Shown here: piece by piece, positions 29,883 to 39,498 of the stretch
Position numbering within the stretch: position 1 is the stretch's first letter
Layout of the letters: every line of letters begins with the position of its first letter
Assembly (NCBI GenBank): GCA_043826455.1
Contig: JBDRQD010000030.1
Coordinates: forward strand, 38,881 to 102,880
From: Candidatus Bathyarchaeota archaeon
GTDB lineage: Archaea > Thermoproteota > Bathyarchaeia > TCS64
DNA length: 64,000 nt
Reading direction: 5' to 3'
The notes under the pieces: model-generated
Told to the model about the DNA's origin: nothing
Seen by the model: the letters and a program-made list of their open reading frames with translations, nothing else
The model's database searches: none
Program-made: the position numbers and the translations under genes

Positions 29883-30005
29883 CTCAGGTTACTCTCCTAG
29901 ACCGCGGATATAGGTCTAACATGTGCAGCGCCCAAGTCTGTTTCCTTGATTTCGCAAGACTATTTCTGACCTTGAAAACACTCGATCCTGAACCTGTAGG
30001 CTTTG

Positions 30006-30776
30006 CTAGTCTCCGAGTCTTTCTATGATGCCCTCATAGGTTTTCAGGGCTTTGATGCCCTCCTCGGTGATCCTGTACTTGTATCGGCGGGCCGTGGCCT
30101 TCTCCCGGGTGAGGTACCCCTTGGTTACAAGATCATCAACCATGCTCTTCCCGGGGTTCCACGGGATAACCGTCCTGTTGAGCATCCTGTTCAGCACGGT
30201 CTCCCCCTCGTACACCGCCTTAAGCAGGTCATGGTACCTGTCCATGCTGGAGCGGGCCTTAACCTGGTACACAACCCGTGACCCATCCATCAGCGCATAT
30301 TTCTCCCTCACCCTGTGGACGGCGCCAGCTATCACACCGGCGAAGGCCTCGGCGGTCTCCGCGTCCTTCTCCGAGAAGCGTCCAGGATGGCGGCTCTCGA
30401 AGTTGACTGTCCCCAGCACCTTTCCACCGTGGATAAGTGGGACGCATAGCTCGGACAGCATGGTGAAGCTGTCGCTGCCGTTGCCTGGGAAGTAGTCCGG
30501 GTCCTCTCTGGTGTCGTTGACCAACTGCGTCTGCCTGGTCTTTATGGTGCGGGCGTTTATGCTGGGCCAGTCCAGGTTCAGGTCCATGATCACTCGTTCG
30601 CCTATTGTGCTTACCGACTTGAGGATGCTGCCCTCTATTACGGCTAGGGCGACCTTGTCTGTGGGTATGACTGAGTACAGCATGGTTGTGGCGAACATGG
30701 CCACGTCTTCCAGGGTGTAGAACTGGTCTAGTGTTTCTCGGGTGAACCTTAGTTTTTCTTCCATATCACCACACAC
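30006..30776 (-). CDS. GAF domain + winged-helix regulator
   Basis: VNDTREDPDY...SELCVPL...FSEKD GAF; C-terminal YRITEEG wHTH. Confidence 0.8.
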   Translation of the reverse strand: MCGDMEEKLRFTRETLDQFYTLEDVAMFATTMLYSVIPTDKVALAVIEGSILKSVSTIGERVIMDLNLDWPSINARTIKTRQTQLVNDTREDPDYFPGNGSDSFTMLSELCVPLIHGGKVLGTVNFESRHPGRFSEKDAETAEAFAGVIAGAVHRVREKYALMDGSRVVYQVKARSSMDRYHDLLKAVYEGETVLNRMLNRTVIPWNPGKSMVDDLVTKGYLTREKATARRYKYRITEEGIKALKTYEGIIERLGD

Positions 30777-31209
30777 GCGTGATATTCTGGGAGTCGATTA
30801 CAATACCCTCTTAAGAGATGTTCTTATAAGTTTAATGAATTCAGTTACCAGCTTGGTCCTCACCCTCCACTTCCCTGATCTCTCTGATGTCCATCATCAG
30901 CAGCGTGAGTGTGAGCATGTCGCCGCCGATCATGCGGTGCAGGGCCCTGCCCCATACATGGTCCAGCGCCTTCACAAGGGCCTCTTTTATTTGTCCTAGT
31001 GGGTTCATTTTTCTCACTTCAACCTCATCGCGCTTTCATGGCCTGATCATCTGGTTTCAGCGACTCTCCTCCGAGCCTATTTGGATCGAAACCAGCACAA
31101 CATCCACAATATATACGTGTTATGGACGGCTCCCCGTACATACGTCGTGCAAAACCTATTTATGGTTTACCCAATCCATCCAATGAAACGGACACTTTAG
31201 GGATAAAAC

Positions 31210-31365
31210 ATGCCTGAACTAAGGGTCACTATACCTGACAAGATGAACGAACTGCTGGACGAGCTCGTGGAGACCGGGCTCTTCACCTCCAAGGCCGACC
31301 TGGTCAGGTTCGCCACCGTCGCCTACCTGAAGGAACTGGGCTGGATCAAGAAACCAGAAGATTAG
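31210..31365 (+). CDS. Small ribbon-helix-helix (CopG-like) protein, 51 aa
   Basis: Manual translation MPELRVTIPDKMNELLDELVETGLFTSKADLVRFATVAYLKELGWIKKPED (below the ORF-track cutoff). Confidence 0.7.
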   Translation: MPELRVTIPDKMNELLDELVETGLFTSKADLVRFATVAYLKELGWIKKPED

Positions 31366-31598
31366 AGTAGTCCTCTTCTAGCTTGGCTTTTAATCGATAG
31401 TGCCCCACAAGGTGAACTGCTCTACATTCCAAGGGCTTCTCTCCAGGGTGCCGATGACCGTGTCGAAGTCTTCCCGCTCAATGTTCTGCTCGCTGCACAC
31501 TATCAGCCAGGCTACCTCTTCTCCTTCCCCTATATGAGGAATTACACCTTGAGACGCTTTCCTTGTAATGACTGTGTCTTGATTGGAAAATCGTTTAT

Positions 31599-32882
31599 AT
31601 GCAAGCCAACGTTAAAAAAGAGTGGGTCTGGAGCGTGTGCGAGAACCCTATTAGAGTATTATTAGTAGACAGTGATCATCAGGCGGCCAGGTTCACCAAG
31701 GTCAACCTGAGGATCCTGGCCCCTGACATCGAGGTCACTCTCACCGGCTCGCCGGGGCAAGCGCTTGAAAAGTTGAAGCAGGAAGAGTACCACTGTGTCG
31801 TCTCCGAGTACGCGTTACCGGAGATGCACTTCGTCCAGCTATGCTCAAGAGTCAAGGAGCTCACCGACCTGCCCTTCATCCTCTACACGGGGTGGAGAGA
31901 CGAGGAACTGGCTGAGCAAGCCTACACTAGTGGAGTGGACACCGTCATCAGGAAAGAGGAGAGTATAGGCCACTTCAACATTCTCGTAAAGGGGATCCGC
32001 GACGCAGTCGAAGCCTACTGGCAGAGAAGGCTCTACAGGGACATAGTGGAGGGCAGCCGCGACGCCATAATGATCACCGTCGAGTCCACGATAAAGTACG
32101 TCAACGACGCTTTCCTCGACATGTTCAGGGCCACACATGATAAGGTTGTAGACTCATCTATCATGGATTTCATGGGGCCCCTGGAGAGGCGCCTCATCGA
32201 GGGAGTCGAGGCACAGACGATTGTCCCTCGAAGACCCATAATCTATGAAATCGCCTACAGTCCCGTGAAGGGTGTAGAGCATAGATACGAGGCCTCTGCA
32301 TCCTCCATGACCTACAGAGGACAGACAGCTAAGCTGTTCTTCATCAGAGACGTTACGGATAGGCGTGAAAGAGACCATCTGCTGAAGGCGTTGTACAATC
32401 ACTTGATCCTTCTGGAAGAGACAAAAGAAGTATCTGAGGTGGCGGATATAACCTTGGACATCATGGAGCAGGTCCTGGGTTTCCAGTTCGCCTGCTTCCA
32501 GTTAGAGCGAGGTGGTGTCCTTCACGCTATTGGAACCAGAGGCGCACCTCTCATAAGTAAAGGTTTGCCGTTGACAGGCAATGGGGTGACCGTCCGAGCC
32601 GCGGTCACGGGTAGAACCCAGTATGTCCCGGATATCCGCGTGGATCCAGACTTCATCAAGGGTTCCACAGATTCCCTTTCGGAGCTAGCCGTCCCTGTGA
32701 TAATCGGCGATAGGGCAGTTGCGGTCTTAAATGTGGAGCGCCTGGAGGCCGATGCCTTCACGGCCTTCGACCAGCAACTCTTAGAGACATTAGCTCTACA
32801 AGTTGCCTCAGCCCTCAAAGGAGGCCCTCAATTGACGCGTATGGAACACGAAAAAGTCGCGAAGTCTCTAAACCCTCATTGA
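31599..32882 (+). CDS. Receiver-PAS-GAF signalling protein without a kinase domain
   Basis: LLVDSD/VVSEY/FILYTG receiver; YVNDAF...IRDVTDRR PAS; SELAVPV GAF. Confidence 0.82.
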   Translation: MQANVKKEWVWSVCENPIRVLLVDSDHQAARFTKVNLRILAPDIEVTLTGSPGQALEKLKQEEYHCVVSEYALPEMHFVQLCSRVKELTDLPFILYTGWRDEELAEQAYTSGVDTVIRKEESIGHFNILVKGIRDAVEAYWQRRLYRDIVEGSRDAIMITVESTIKYVNDAFLDMFRATHDKVVDSSIMDFMGPLERRLIEGVEAQTIVPRRPIIYEIAYSPVKGVEHRYEASASSMTYRGQTAKLFFIRDVTDRRERDHLLKALYNHLILLEETKEVSEVADITLDIMEQVLGFQFACFQLERGGVLHAIGTRGAPLISKGLPLTGNGVTVRAAVTGRTQYVPDIRVDPDFIKGSTDSLSELAVPVIIGDRAVAVLNVERLEADAFTAFDQQLLETLALQVASALKGGPQLTRMEHEKVAKSLNPH

Positions 32883-33021
32883 GTAAAGTACGATTCATGG
32901 AACACCGAAAAGGATTCTATGAGTAGACTTCCCTCTTTTCAGCCATAATTTGCGCGCTCGTGATCCTGGTTGTCCCTGCTAACGATGATCCATGAATCCG
33001 GCTCAACCGTTAAGACCATGG

Positions 33022-33035
33022 TATTGGTACCAATA
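33022..33035. repeat. Palindrome TATTGGTACCAATA, copy 5
   Basis: GTATTGGTACCAATACACGT, 20 bp identical to copy 6. Confidence 0.95.
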
Positions 33036-33067
33036 CACGTATATTTTGGGTTAACCTACACTAAGCT

Positions 33068-33298
33068 ATGGTTCGCAGGCACAGGATCAGCGAGGAGGAG
33101 GTTAGGCCTGTGATGAGGGCTGTGCATCGGTGCCTCGCCGAGATGGTTGGGGCTGAGCTGCTCTCCGAGGACGCGTACCACCTGTACACGTTACTGTGGA
33201 GGTTTAAGGAGCACAGGTCGGGGCCGCCCCACTACCCCGACGCGACCCGCGAGGCCATATTAAGTCTCCTTGATGAAACCTCTGCGATGCTCTGGTGA
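33068..33298 (+). CDS. Hypothetical protein
   Basis: 76-aa ORF with ATG and coding-like composition; no recognised motif. Confidence 0.5.
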   Translation: MVRRHRISEEEVRPVMRAVHRCLAEMVGAELLSEDAYHLYTLLWRFKEHRSGPPHYPDATREAILSLLDETSAMLW

Positions 33299-33445
33299 GG
33301 GCGCGCAGGAGTAGCCACTGACTATTCCATACGTGTGTGTATCTACTACCTGCATAGTTTGAAAGGAAGCAGGTGATTAGGACTTTCACTCATGTGCCGC
33401 CAATCTGTGCGTAGGTTTCTTTCCACAGGGCTCCAAGTATTTGCC

Positions 33446-34096
33446 ATGAATTATGTTGTCGTTCTCGGTGAGGCGCTTCTCGCCGCCGAGCCCGAGGAGA
33501 AGGTCAGGATAGCCCATGCAATCTATGAGCTGGAGGACGCCCGGGCTGAGGCGTACCTCCTCGACGCGCTGGGCGAGTCTGACAATCAGGCGCGGGCAGC
33601 TGTAGCCTACGCCCTCAGCGTCTCCGCCACCCACAGATCAGAGGAGAGGCTAATCCAGCTCCTTGACGACTCCTACTTTGCTGTGAGGGTCTGGGCAGCC
33701 TGCGGATTGGCCCACCTTAGGAGTCGTGCCGCGGTGCCGAGGCTGATTGAGGCGCTCCACGATGAAGAGGAGGGTGTCGTGGCCGCCGCTGTGTCCGCCT
33801 TGGGGGAAATAGTGGACCGGAGGGCCGTGGAGCCCTTGGTGGGGCTTCTCACTGGCAGGAGGTACATCTCTGGAGTTTTACTGTCGCTGGGCTCCATAGG
33901 AGACCCCGGTGTAGTCGAGATCATCGCGGGCTACCTGGACGACTCCGACCAGGATATACGAGAATCAGCGTTGATAGCCCTCAGACGCTTCCCCGGCTCT
34001 GTTCCCCGCGCAGAACTGCAGAGGCTCCTGGAGTGGGAGAGGGATGCAGTGAATAGAGGCTTGGCCAGTTACCTGTTAGGACTTGAACCTAACTGA
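33446..34096 (+). CDS. HEAT/PBS-lyase repeat protein
   Basis: Repeated AVPRLIEALHD / ALGEIVDRRAVEPL units. Confidence 0.85.
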   Translation: MNYVVVLGEALLAAEPEEKVRIAHAIYELEDARAEAYLLDALGESDNQARAAVAYALSVSATHRSEERLIQLLDDSYFAVRVWAACGLAHLRSRAAVPRLIEALHDEEEGVVAAAVSALGEIVDRRAVEPLVGLLTGRRYISGVLLSLGSIGDPGVVEIIAGYLDDSDQDIRESALIALRRFPGSVPRAELQRLLEWERDAVNRGLASYLLGLEPN

Positions 34097-34183
34097 TGGA
34101 TCACATTGCTAACGCAACACAGCATTCACAGCCACTACATAATTTTAATATTAACTTAATTATATCAATAGCGGGGCGTCTGG

Positions 34184-34552
34184 ATGAGCTATGAACTTGA
34201 CACCGGTAAGGAGGGCCTCCTAATGTTCTTCAAGCCCTGGGAGTTCAGGATCATGTCATACCTTTGGGGCATCAAGCCCTCGGGCGCTAACAGCAGAGCC
34301 GTCTGGATCCATAATCATCAAACCATGGCTGAGCCCATCAGCAGGACCTCGGTGATCAAATTCCTGAAGCTCATGGCTGAAAAAGGGGTTCTCACGGTAG
34401 AGGAAAAGTCTGGTAAAGGAGGCTACCAAGGGATATATTATCAGAAGTACACTGAGCCGGAGTTTAGGCAGTACATTGCTAAACACTTCATAACTAAGCT
34501 GTTGAAGGAGTTTCCTGAGAAGACGCGAAAAGTCATAGAGAGTTATACATGA
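34184..34552 (+). CDS. BlaI/CopY-like winged-helix regulator
   Basis: IMSYLW...SRTSVIKFLKLMAEKGVL...GKGG. Confidence 0.7.
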   Translation: MSYELDTGKEGLLMFFKPWEFRIMSYLWGIKPSGANSRAVWIHNHQTMAEPISRTSVIKFLKLMAEKGVLTVEEKSGKGGYQGIYYQKYTEPEFRQYIAKHFITKLLKEFPEKTRKVIESYT

Positions 34553-34615
34553 TAACGTGAGCACAATTAGGAATCATTTTAAATAACTCTTTTTGTATAT
34601 TTTAATTGATATAAT

Positions 34616-34858
34616 ATGAGTGAAGTCAATTATGATCTTACTCCTGTTGAGAAAAAACCAGGCAGAAGGTATCGTAAAGGAAGCAAGTATGACCCTATAC
34701 TTGATAAATTCCTCGAAGGTAAGCATAAACTAGTCACAGTTGATGTGGCTGGAAAGGAAGCTAACTACATTAGCATGCAGCTGAAGAAAAGGATCGATGC
34801 TCGCGGACTCAAGGTCAGAGTATCAGTGGCAAATAACAAAGCCTACCTAGAAAAATAA
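34616..34858 (+). CDS. Small basic hypothetical protein
   Basis: 80 aa, Lys/Arg-rich, ATG start after an AT-rich promoter region. Confidence 0.6.
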   Translation: MSEVNYDLTPVEKKPGRRYRKGSKYDPILDKFLEGKHKLVTVDVAGKEANYISMQLKKRIDARGLKVRVSVANNKAYLEK

Positions 34859-34901
34859 CTTGCGTACAATTCTAATAATATCAAGGCGCAGGAGTAAGGT
34901 G

Positions 34902-35834
34902 ATGACTGAGATACTTGTGACCGGCGGAGCAGGCTTCATAGGCACTAATCTGGTCAACGAGCTGAGGCGCCGCGGCCACCGGGTTCACGCCGCAGACCTC
35001 ATCAACACAGACCGAGAAGGCTACACCCGGGTCGATGTCCGCAGCTACAGACAACTCGAAAAGCTGCTCGACGCCCACAAGTTCGATGTCGTATACCACC
35101 TGGCGGCGGAGTACGGCCGCTGGAACGGTGAGGACTACTACGAGAACCTCTGGCAGACAAACTGCGTAGGCACCAAGCACATTATACGGTTACAGGAAAA
35201 ACTTGGCTTCAGGATGATCTTCTTCAGCAGCGCCGAGGTATACGGCGACTACACGGGCACCATGACCGAGGACGTCATGATCAACAACCCCGTCAAAGAC
35301 ACCCTCCAGATGAACGACTACGCCATCACCAAGTGGGCCGGCGAACTCATGTGCATCAACGCAGCCAAGATGACCGGCGCAGAGATAGTCCGCACCCGGC
35401 CAGTGAACTGCTACGGCCCCCACGAGCACTACACGCCCTACCGCGGCTTCATACCCAAGTTCATCTACCACGCACTACACAGGAAACCCTACACCGTCTA
35501 CACAGGCCACAAACGCATCATCGACTACGTCGAAGACTCGTGCCGCACATGGGCCAACATAGTAGACAACTTCAAGCCGGGCGAAGTCTACAATGTGGGC
35601 GGCTGCCCCGAGTGGATGCACACCATCAAGGAGTACAGCGACATGGTCCTCGAGGCCGTGGGCCTCGACGACCGCCTGGTCACCTACAAGCCCACGGAGC
35701 CCCACACAACCCAGATCAAGACCATCGACTGCACCAAGGCTGTACGCGACCTCAAGCACGACCCCAAGGTGCCCCCCGAGGAGGGCATCAGGCGAACAGT
35801 TGAATGGATGAAGTGGTACTATAGGATGGATTAG
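34902..35834 (+). CDS. NAD-dependent sugar epimerase/dehydratase
   Basis: VTGGAGFIG, HLAA, YAITK (YxxxK) and NCYGP motifs. Confidence 0.9.
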   Translation: MTEILVTGGAGFIGTNLVNELRRRGHRVHAADLINTDREGYTRVDVRSYRQLEKLLDAHKFDVVYHLAAEYGRWNGEDYYENLWQTNCVGTKHIIRLQEKLGFRMIFFSSAEVYGDYTGTMTEDVMINNPVKDTLQMNDYAITKWAGELMCINAAKMTGAEIVRTRPVNCYGPHEHYTPYRGFIPKFIYHALHRKPYTVYTGHKRIIDYVEDSCRTWANIVDNFKPGEVYNVGGCPEWMHTIKEYSDMVLEAVGLDDRLVTYKPTEPHTTQIKTIDCTKAVRDLKHDPKVPPEEGIRRTVEWMKWYYRMD

Positions 35835-35835
35835 G

Positions 35836-36831
35836 ATGAGCGTATACGACTGCGTGAAAGATAAGACGGTTCTGGTCACCGGCGGAGCCGGAGCCATCGG
35901 AGGCAACCTGGTCAGGAAGCTGGTCGAGCTCCAAGCCAAGGAGGTAGTGATCCTCGACAACCTCAGCAGCAGCTACGCCTGGAACATCCCCCCAGCCCCC
36001 GGCGTCAGGTTCATCCAGGGCGACATCCTGGACGACGAGAAACTCAAGTGGGCCTTCAAGCACAAGCCCGAAATCGTCTACCACCTTGCCGCCCACTTCG
36101 CAAACCAGAACAGCGTCGACAACCCTGAGACAGACCTCATGGTGAACGGCATGGGCATCCTTAAAGTGCTTCAATACAGCCAACTCACCGGCGTAGACCG
36201 CTTCATCTACGCGTCCAGCGGCTGCGGCATATACGGAGAGGACAGCCCCATGCCCTTCAAAGAGGAGTCCGTCTCCATGAAGCTCTACACCCCCTACCAG
36301 GTCACCAAGATGCTGGGCGAACTCTACACCAACTACTACCACAACCTCTACGACATGCCCACCGTCAACGCCCGGTTCTTCAACAGCTACGGCCCCGGCG
36401 AGGTCCCCGGCAGGTACAGGAACGTCATCCCCAACTTCATATACTGGGCCATCAACGGCCAGCCCCTACCAATAACAGGCACCGGCGACGAGACCAGGGA
36501 CTTCACCTATGTAGGCGACATCGTCGACGCCCTGATCCGCATGGCGTACTTCGATGAAGCAATAGGGGAAGCCTTCAACATAGGAACCTCCAGAGAGATA
36601 ATGATCAAGGACCTAGCACAGTGGATCAATGAATTAACTGAAAACTCGGCCGGAATCGTTTACAAGCCTCGCCGCAACTGGGATAAGAAAAACCGGCTTC
36701 TAAGTAGCATAGAGAAAGCCCGAAGAGTCCTCAGATACGATCCAAAGACCGACTTCAAGGAGGGCCTCGGCCACACCTACAACTGGTTCACAGAGAACCT
36801 GGACAACATCAAACACTCAGCAGAGTTCTAA
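35836..36831 (+). CDS. NAD-dependent sugar epimerase/dehydratase
   Basis: VTGGAGAIG, YQVTK, RFFNSYGP and TRDFTYV motifs. Confidence 0.9.
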   Translation: MSVYDCVKDKTVLVTGGAGAIGGNLVRKLVELQAKEVVILDNLSSSYAWNIPPAPGVRFIQGDILDDEKLKWAFKHKPEIVYHLAAHFANQNSVDNPETDLMVNGMGILKVLQYSQLTGVDRFIYASSGCGIYGEDSPMPFKEESVSMKLYTPYQVTKMLGELYTNYYHNLYDMPTVNARFFNSYGPGEVPGRYRNVIPNFIYWAINGQPLPITGTGDETRDFTYVGDIVDALIRMAYFDEAIGEAFNIGTSREIMIKDLAQWINELTENSAGIVYKPRRNWDKKNRLLSSIEKARRVLRYDPKTDFKEGLGHTYNWFTENLDNIKHSAEF

Positions 36832-36902
36832 GCCGCCTGAAGACCTTAACCCTTACCCGACATCAGAAATCAACAACATGCCCCCCTAACAGATATAAAC
36901 CC

Positions 36903-37151
36903 GTGTACAGAACCGTTTACATGGCCACCATGACACAGGTCCAAGTCAAAATACCGGAGAACCTCGTCAAAAAGATTGACGAATGGATCATAGACGGCAG
37001 GTTCACCAGCAGAAGCGAGGCCATCAGAACCATCCTCACCCTCTACGAGGAACGGGAACGCACCCGAGAGTTCTACACGATGCTCCACGGCAGAGCCTCC
37101 GAGGCCCAGGAGCACCCCGAGCTGCTCATACCCTTAGAGGAAGCCCCTTGA
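36903..37151 (+). CDS. RHH antitoxin
   Basis: VQVKIPENLVKKIDEWI..GRFTSRSEAIR. Confidence 0.78.
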   Translation: MYRTVYMATMTQVQVKIPENLVKKIDEWIIDGRFTSRSEAIRTILTLYEERERTREFYTMLHGRASEAQEHPELLIPLEEAP

Positions 37152-37411
37152 GGATCCTCCTCCACCCCAAGGCTGCCGAGTACCTCATGAAAAGTAGCGA
37201 CGATCCTCGGTCAAGAATAAAGCAGCGCCTACACGAGTTGGACGACCAGCCCGAGAAGAAGGGAAAACGACTGAAACACTCGCCCTATTATAGCCTTCGG
37301 ATAGGAGACTACAGAGCCATCTACATGGTAGACCCGGTTAAAGCCCAAGTCGTCATCCTGTACATCGGCCACAGAAAGGACGTCTACGACGCCTTCGATA
37401 AAATATTCTAA
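37148..37411 (+). CDS. relE: RelE/ParE family toxin
   Basis: TTG overlapping the antitoxin stop; YSLRIGDYRAIY...IGHRKDVY. Confidence 0.85.
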   Translation: MRILLHPKAAEYLMKSSDDPRSRIKQRLHELDDQPEKKGKRLKHSPYYSLRIGDYRAIYMVDPVKAQVVILYIGHRKDVYDAFDKIF

Positions 37412-37448
37412 CTAAACAAACACGGCATATAGTAGCCGTACAATAATA

Positions 37449-37667
37449 ATGAAAGCCAAGAAAATAGGTCTCACTGCTCCAATCCCGTCGCTTCTCCAGG
37501 GGCTTCTCCATGGCGTACCCAGCTCTCGCCGGGCTGCCGTAAACCAAAGTATCGATGGGCACATCTGGCCAGAGACCTATACGGTTACCGTGTTCTGCAG
37601 GATTGATGTCGTAGATTACCATGCAGTAATGAACGACGAGCACAGCGACTACAAGTGGGTAAACTAA
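37449..37667 (+). pseudogene. Possible NUDIX hydrolase C-terminal fragment
   Basis: Ends MNDEHSDYKWV, typical of a NUDIX C-terminus; no NUDIX box. Confidence 0.35.
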
Positions 37668-37744
37668 GCACCAGAAGACGCTCGCCCTCCTACTGCAAAT
37701 GATCTAGGAATCAAAGATCTTCCTACAATAATGACAACCATGCA

Positions 37745-38170
37745 TCAACCGCTAAGAAAGGGTAGAGAGGTGTCCTAAGCAAAAAATCCGTAAAATATGG
37801 GTCTTAATTTATCCATTCAGCGGAGACGAAGCCGCCCCAAGGAATAGTAATAGATTACATGAAAAGCACTCACAATGGTTGAAGAACCCTTGCTTGCAAC
37901 TCCCATTATTAGCACCAATCCCTTCACTATCCTGCCACATACAGAAAAGCACCGAAAAGCATCAACCCTGAAAAAGATGAATTTTTTTCCGCCTTATCCC
38001 GGCGGGGGCGGGATAAGAGGCACGGACACACTGGGTAATGAGTCCACTGTGAAAAAACGTAGGGGGGTACTATATTATGACGAATTTTTCTACCATAAAA
38101 CGGGTCACTCGCCACCCGCGAGGCCAAAAAAACCCGGGGAACACACGTGAAAAAGGTAGGGGGGTACCAA
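37745..38170 (+). repeat. Non-coding repeat, copy C (with insertions and a second G-string motif)
   Basis: GCCGCCCCAAG at ~37831, CCTTCACTATCC..CATACAGAAA at 37921, TGTGAAAAAACGTAGGGGGGTAC at 38048, GTGAAAAAGGTAGGGGGGTACC at ~38147. Confidence 0.7.
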
Positions 38171-38418
38171 TTTTAGGAAGAGAAAACCTCCTAAAATAGG
38201 GGTCAGAGCCCCATACATGAGGCAAAAGAAGCCCATGACCACGACACTCACACCAAAGAAGATAACTAAAATCCTCTGAATTAGGTTGCCTCGTTCCTAT
38301 GTTGTTCAAGGAGGGCATCGGTCACACCTATAACTGGTTTATGTGAACTGGGAAAACATCAAACAGTCAGCCGAGTTCTAACTCAACAATAAAATAACTG
38401 TACATCAATCTTAGACTG

Positions 38419-39498
38419 ATGGCTCTCGGCATCATCCTCGGCACCCGCCCCGAGATAATAAAGATGGGCCCCATAATACGCCTATGCGAGAAGAGGTCCG
38501 TCCCCTACTACCTGCTCCACACTGGCCAGCACTACAGCTACGAGATGGATCAGGCCTTCTTCAGGGACCTGGAGCTACCCGAGCCCAGGATCAACCTGAA
38601 CGTGGGCTCAGGCACCCACGCGGAGCAGACGGCCAGCATCATGGTCGGCGTAGAGAAGACCCTGCAGAAGGAGGACACAGGCGTAGCCCTCGTCCAGGGG
38701 GACACCAACACCGTCCTGGCCGGCGCCTTGGCCGCCGCCAAGCTCCAGGTTCCAGTGGGCCATGTGGAGGCCGGGCTGCACAGCTACGACAGGGGGATGC
38801 CGGAGGAGATCAACCGGGTGGTAGCCGACCACCTGTCCGACTTCCTCTTCGCGCCCACAGAGGAATCCAAGAGAAACCTCCTCAAGGAGGGCATACCCGA
38901 TGAAAGGATCCATGTCACAGGCAACACAGTGGTGGACGCCGTCCACCAGAACCTGGAGCTGGCCAAGGAGAAGTCAACGATCCTGAAGAAGCTGTCCCTG
39001 GAGCCCGGCCAGTACATGGTGGTCACAGCCCACCGCGCCGAGAACGTCGACCGCAGAGACCGGCTCACAGGGATAATAGAGGGCCTTGGCCTAGTCGCGG
39101 AGCACCTGGACCAGCCCATCATCTACCCCGTCCACCCCCGGACACAGAAGATGATCAAGGAGTTCAGGCTGACGACCCGGAACCTCAAGATCGTTCAGCC
39201 CCTAGGCTACCTGGACTTCCTGGCCCTGGAGGCATCATCTAGCCTGGTCCTCACCGACTCCGGCGGCGTCCAGGAGGAGGCCTGCATACTGGGCGTCCCC
39301 TGCGTCACGCTGCGGGAGAACACGGAGCGCCCCGAGACCCTTCAGGTGGGCTCGAATGTCTTGGTCGGGGCAGAGCCGGAGAGGATACTCCAAGGAGCCT
39401 TGGAGATGAGCCGGAGGAAGAGGGGTTGGCCTAATCCCTTCGGGGACGGAAACGCGGCGGAGAAGATTATTAAAATTATCGAGGAATCCCGAAATTAA
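38419..39498 (+). CDS. wecB: UDP-N-acetylglucosamine 2-epimerase (non-hydrolysing)
   Basis: GTRPEIIKM, HTGQHY, QGDTNT, PEEINR, TDSGGVQEEA and NPFGDG motifs. Confidence 0.95.
   Translation: MALGIILGTRPEIIKMGPIIRLCEKRSVPYYLLHTGQHYSYEMDQAFFRDLELPEPRINLNVGSGTHAEQTASIMVGVEKTLQKEDTGVALVQGDTNTVLAGALAAAKLQVPVGHVEAGLHSYDRGMPEEINRVVADHLSDFLFAPTEESKRNLLKEGIPDERIHVTGNTVVDAVHQNLELAKEKSTILKKLSLEPGQYMVVTAHRAENVDRRDRLTGIIEGLGLVAEHLDQPIIYPVHPRTQKMIKEFRLTTRNLKIVQPLGYLDFLALEASSSLVLTDSGGVQEEACILGVPCVTLRENTERPETLQVGSNVLVGAEPERILQGALEMSRRKRGWPNPFGDGNAAEKIIKIIEESRN

Noticed and set aside
30840-31540. Short coding-like fragments on the minus strand
   Set aside because: No clear start or recognisable family; too weak to call.
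38041-38070. ORB-like origin box (TCCACTGTGAAA...GGGGGG)
   Set aside because: The TCCA half is not conserved in the other copies, and no cdc6/orc1 gene is nearby; the resemblance is limited to a G-string.
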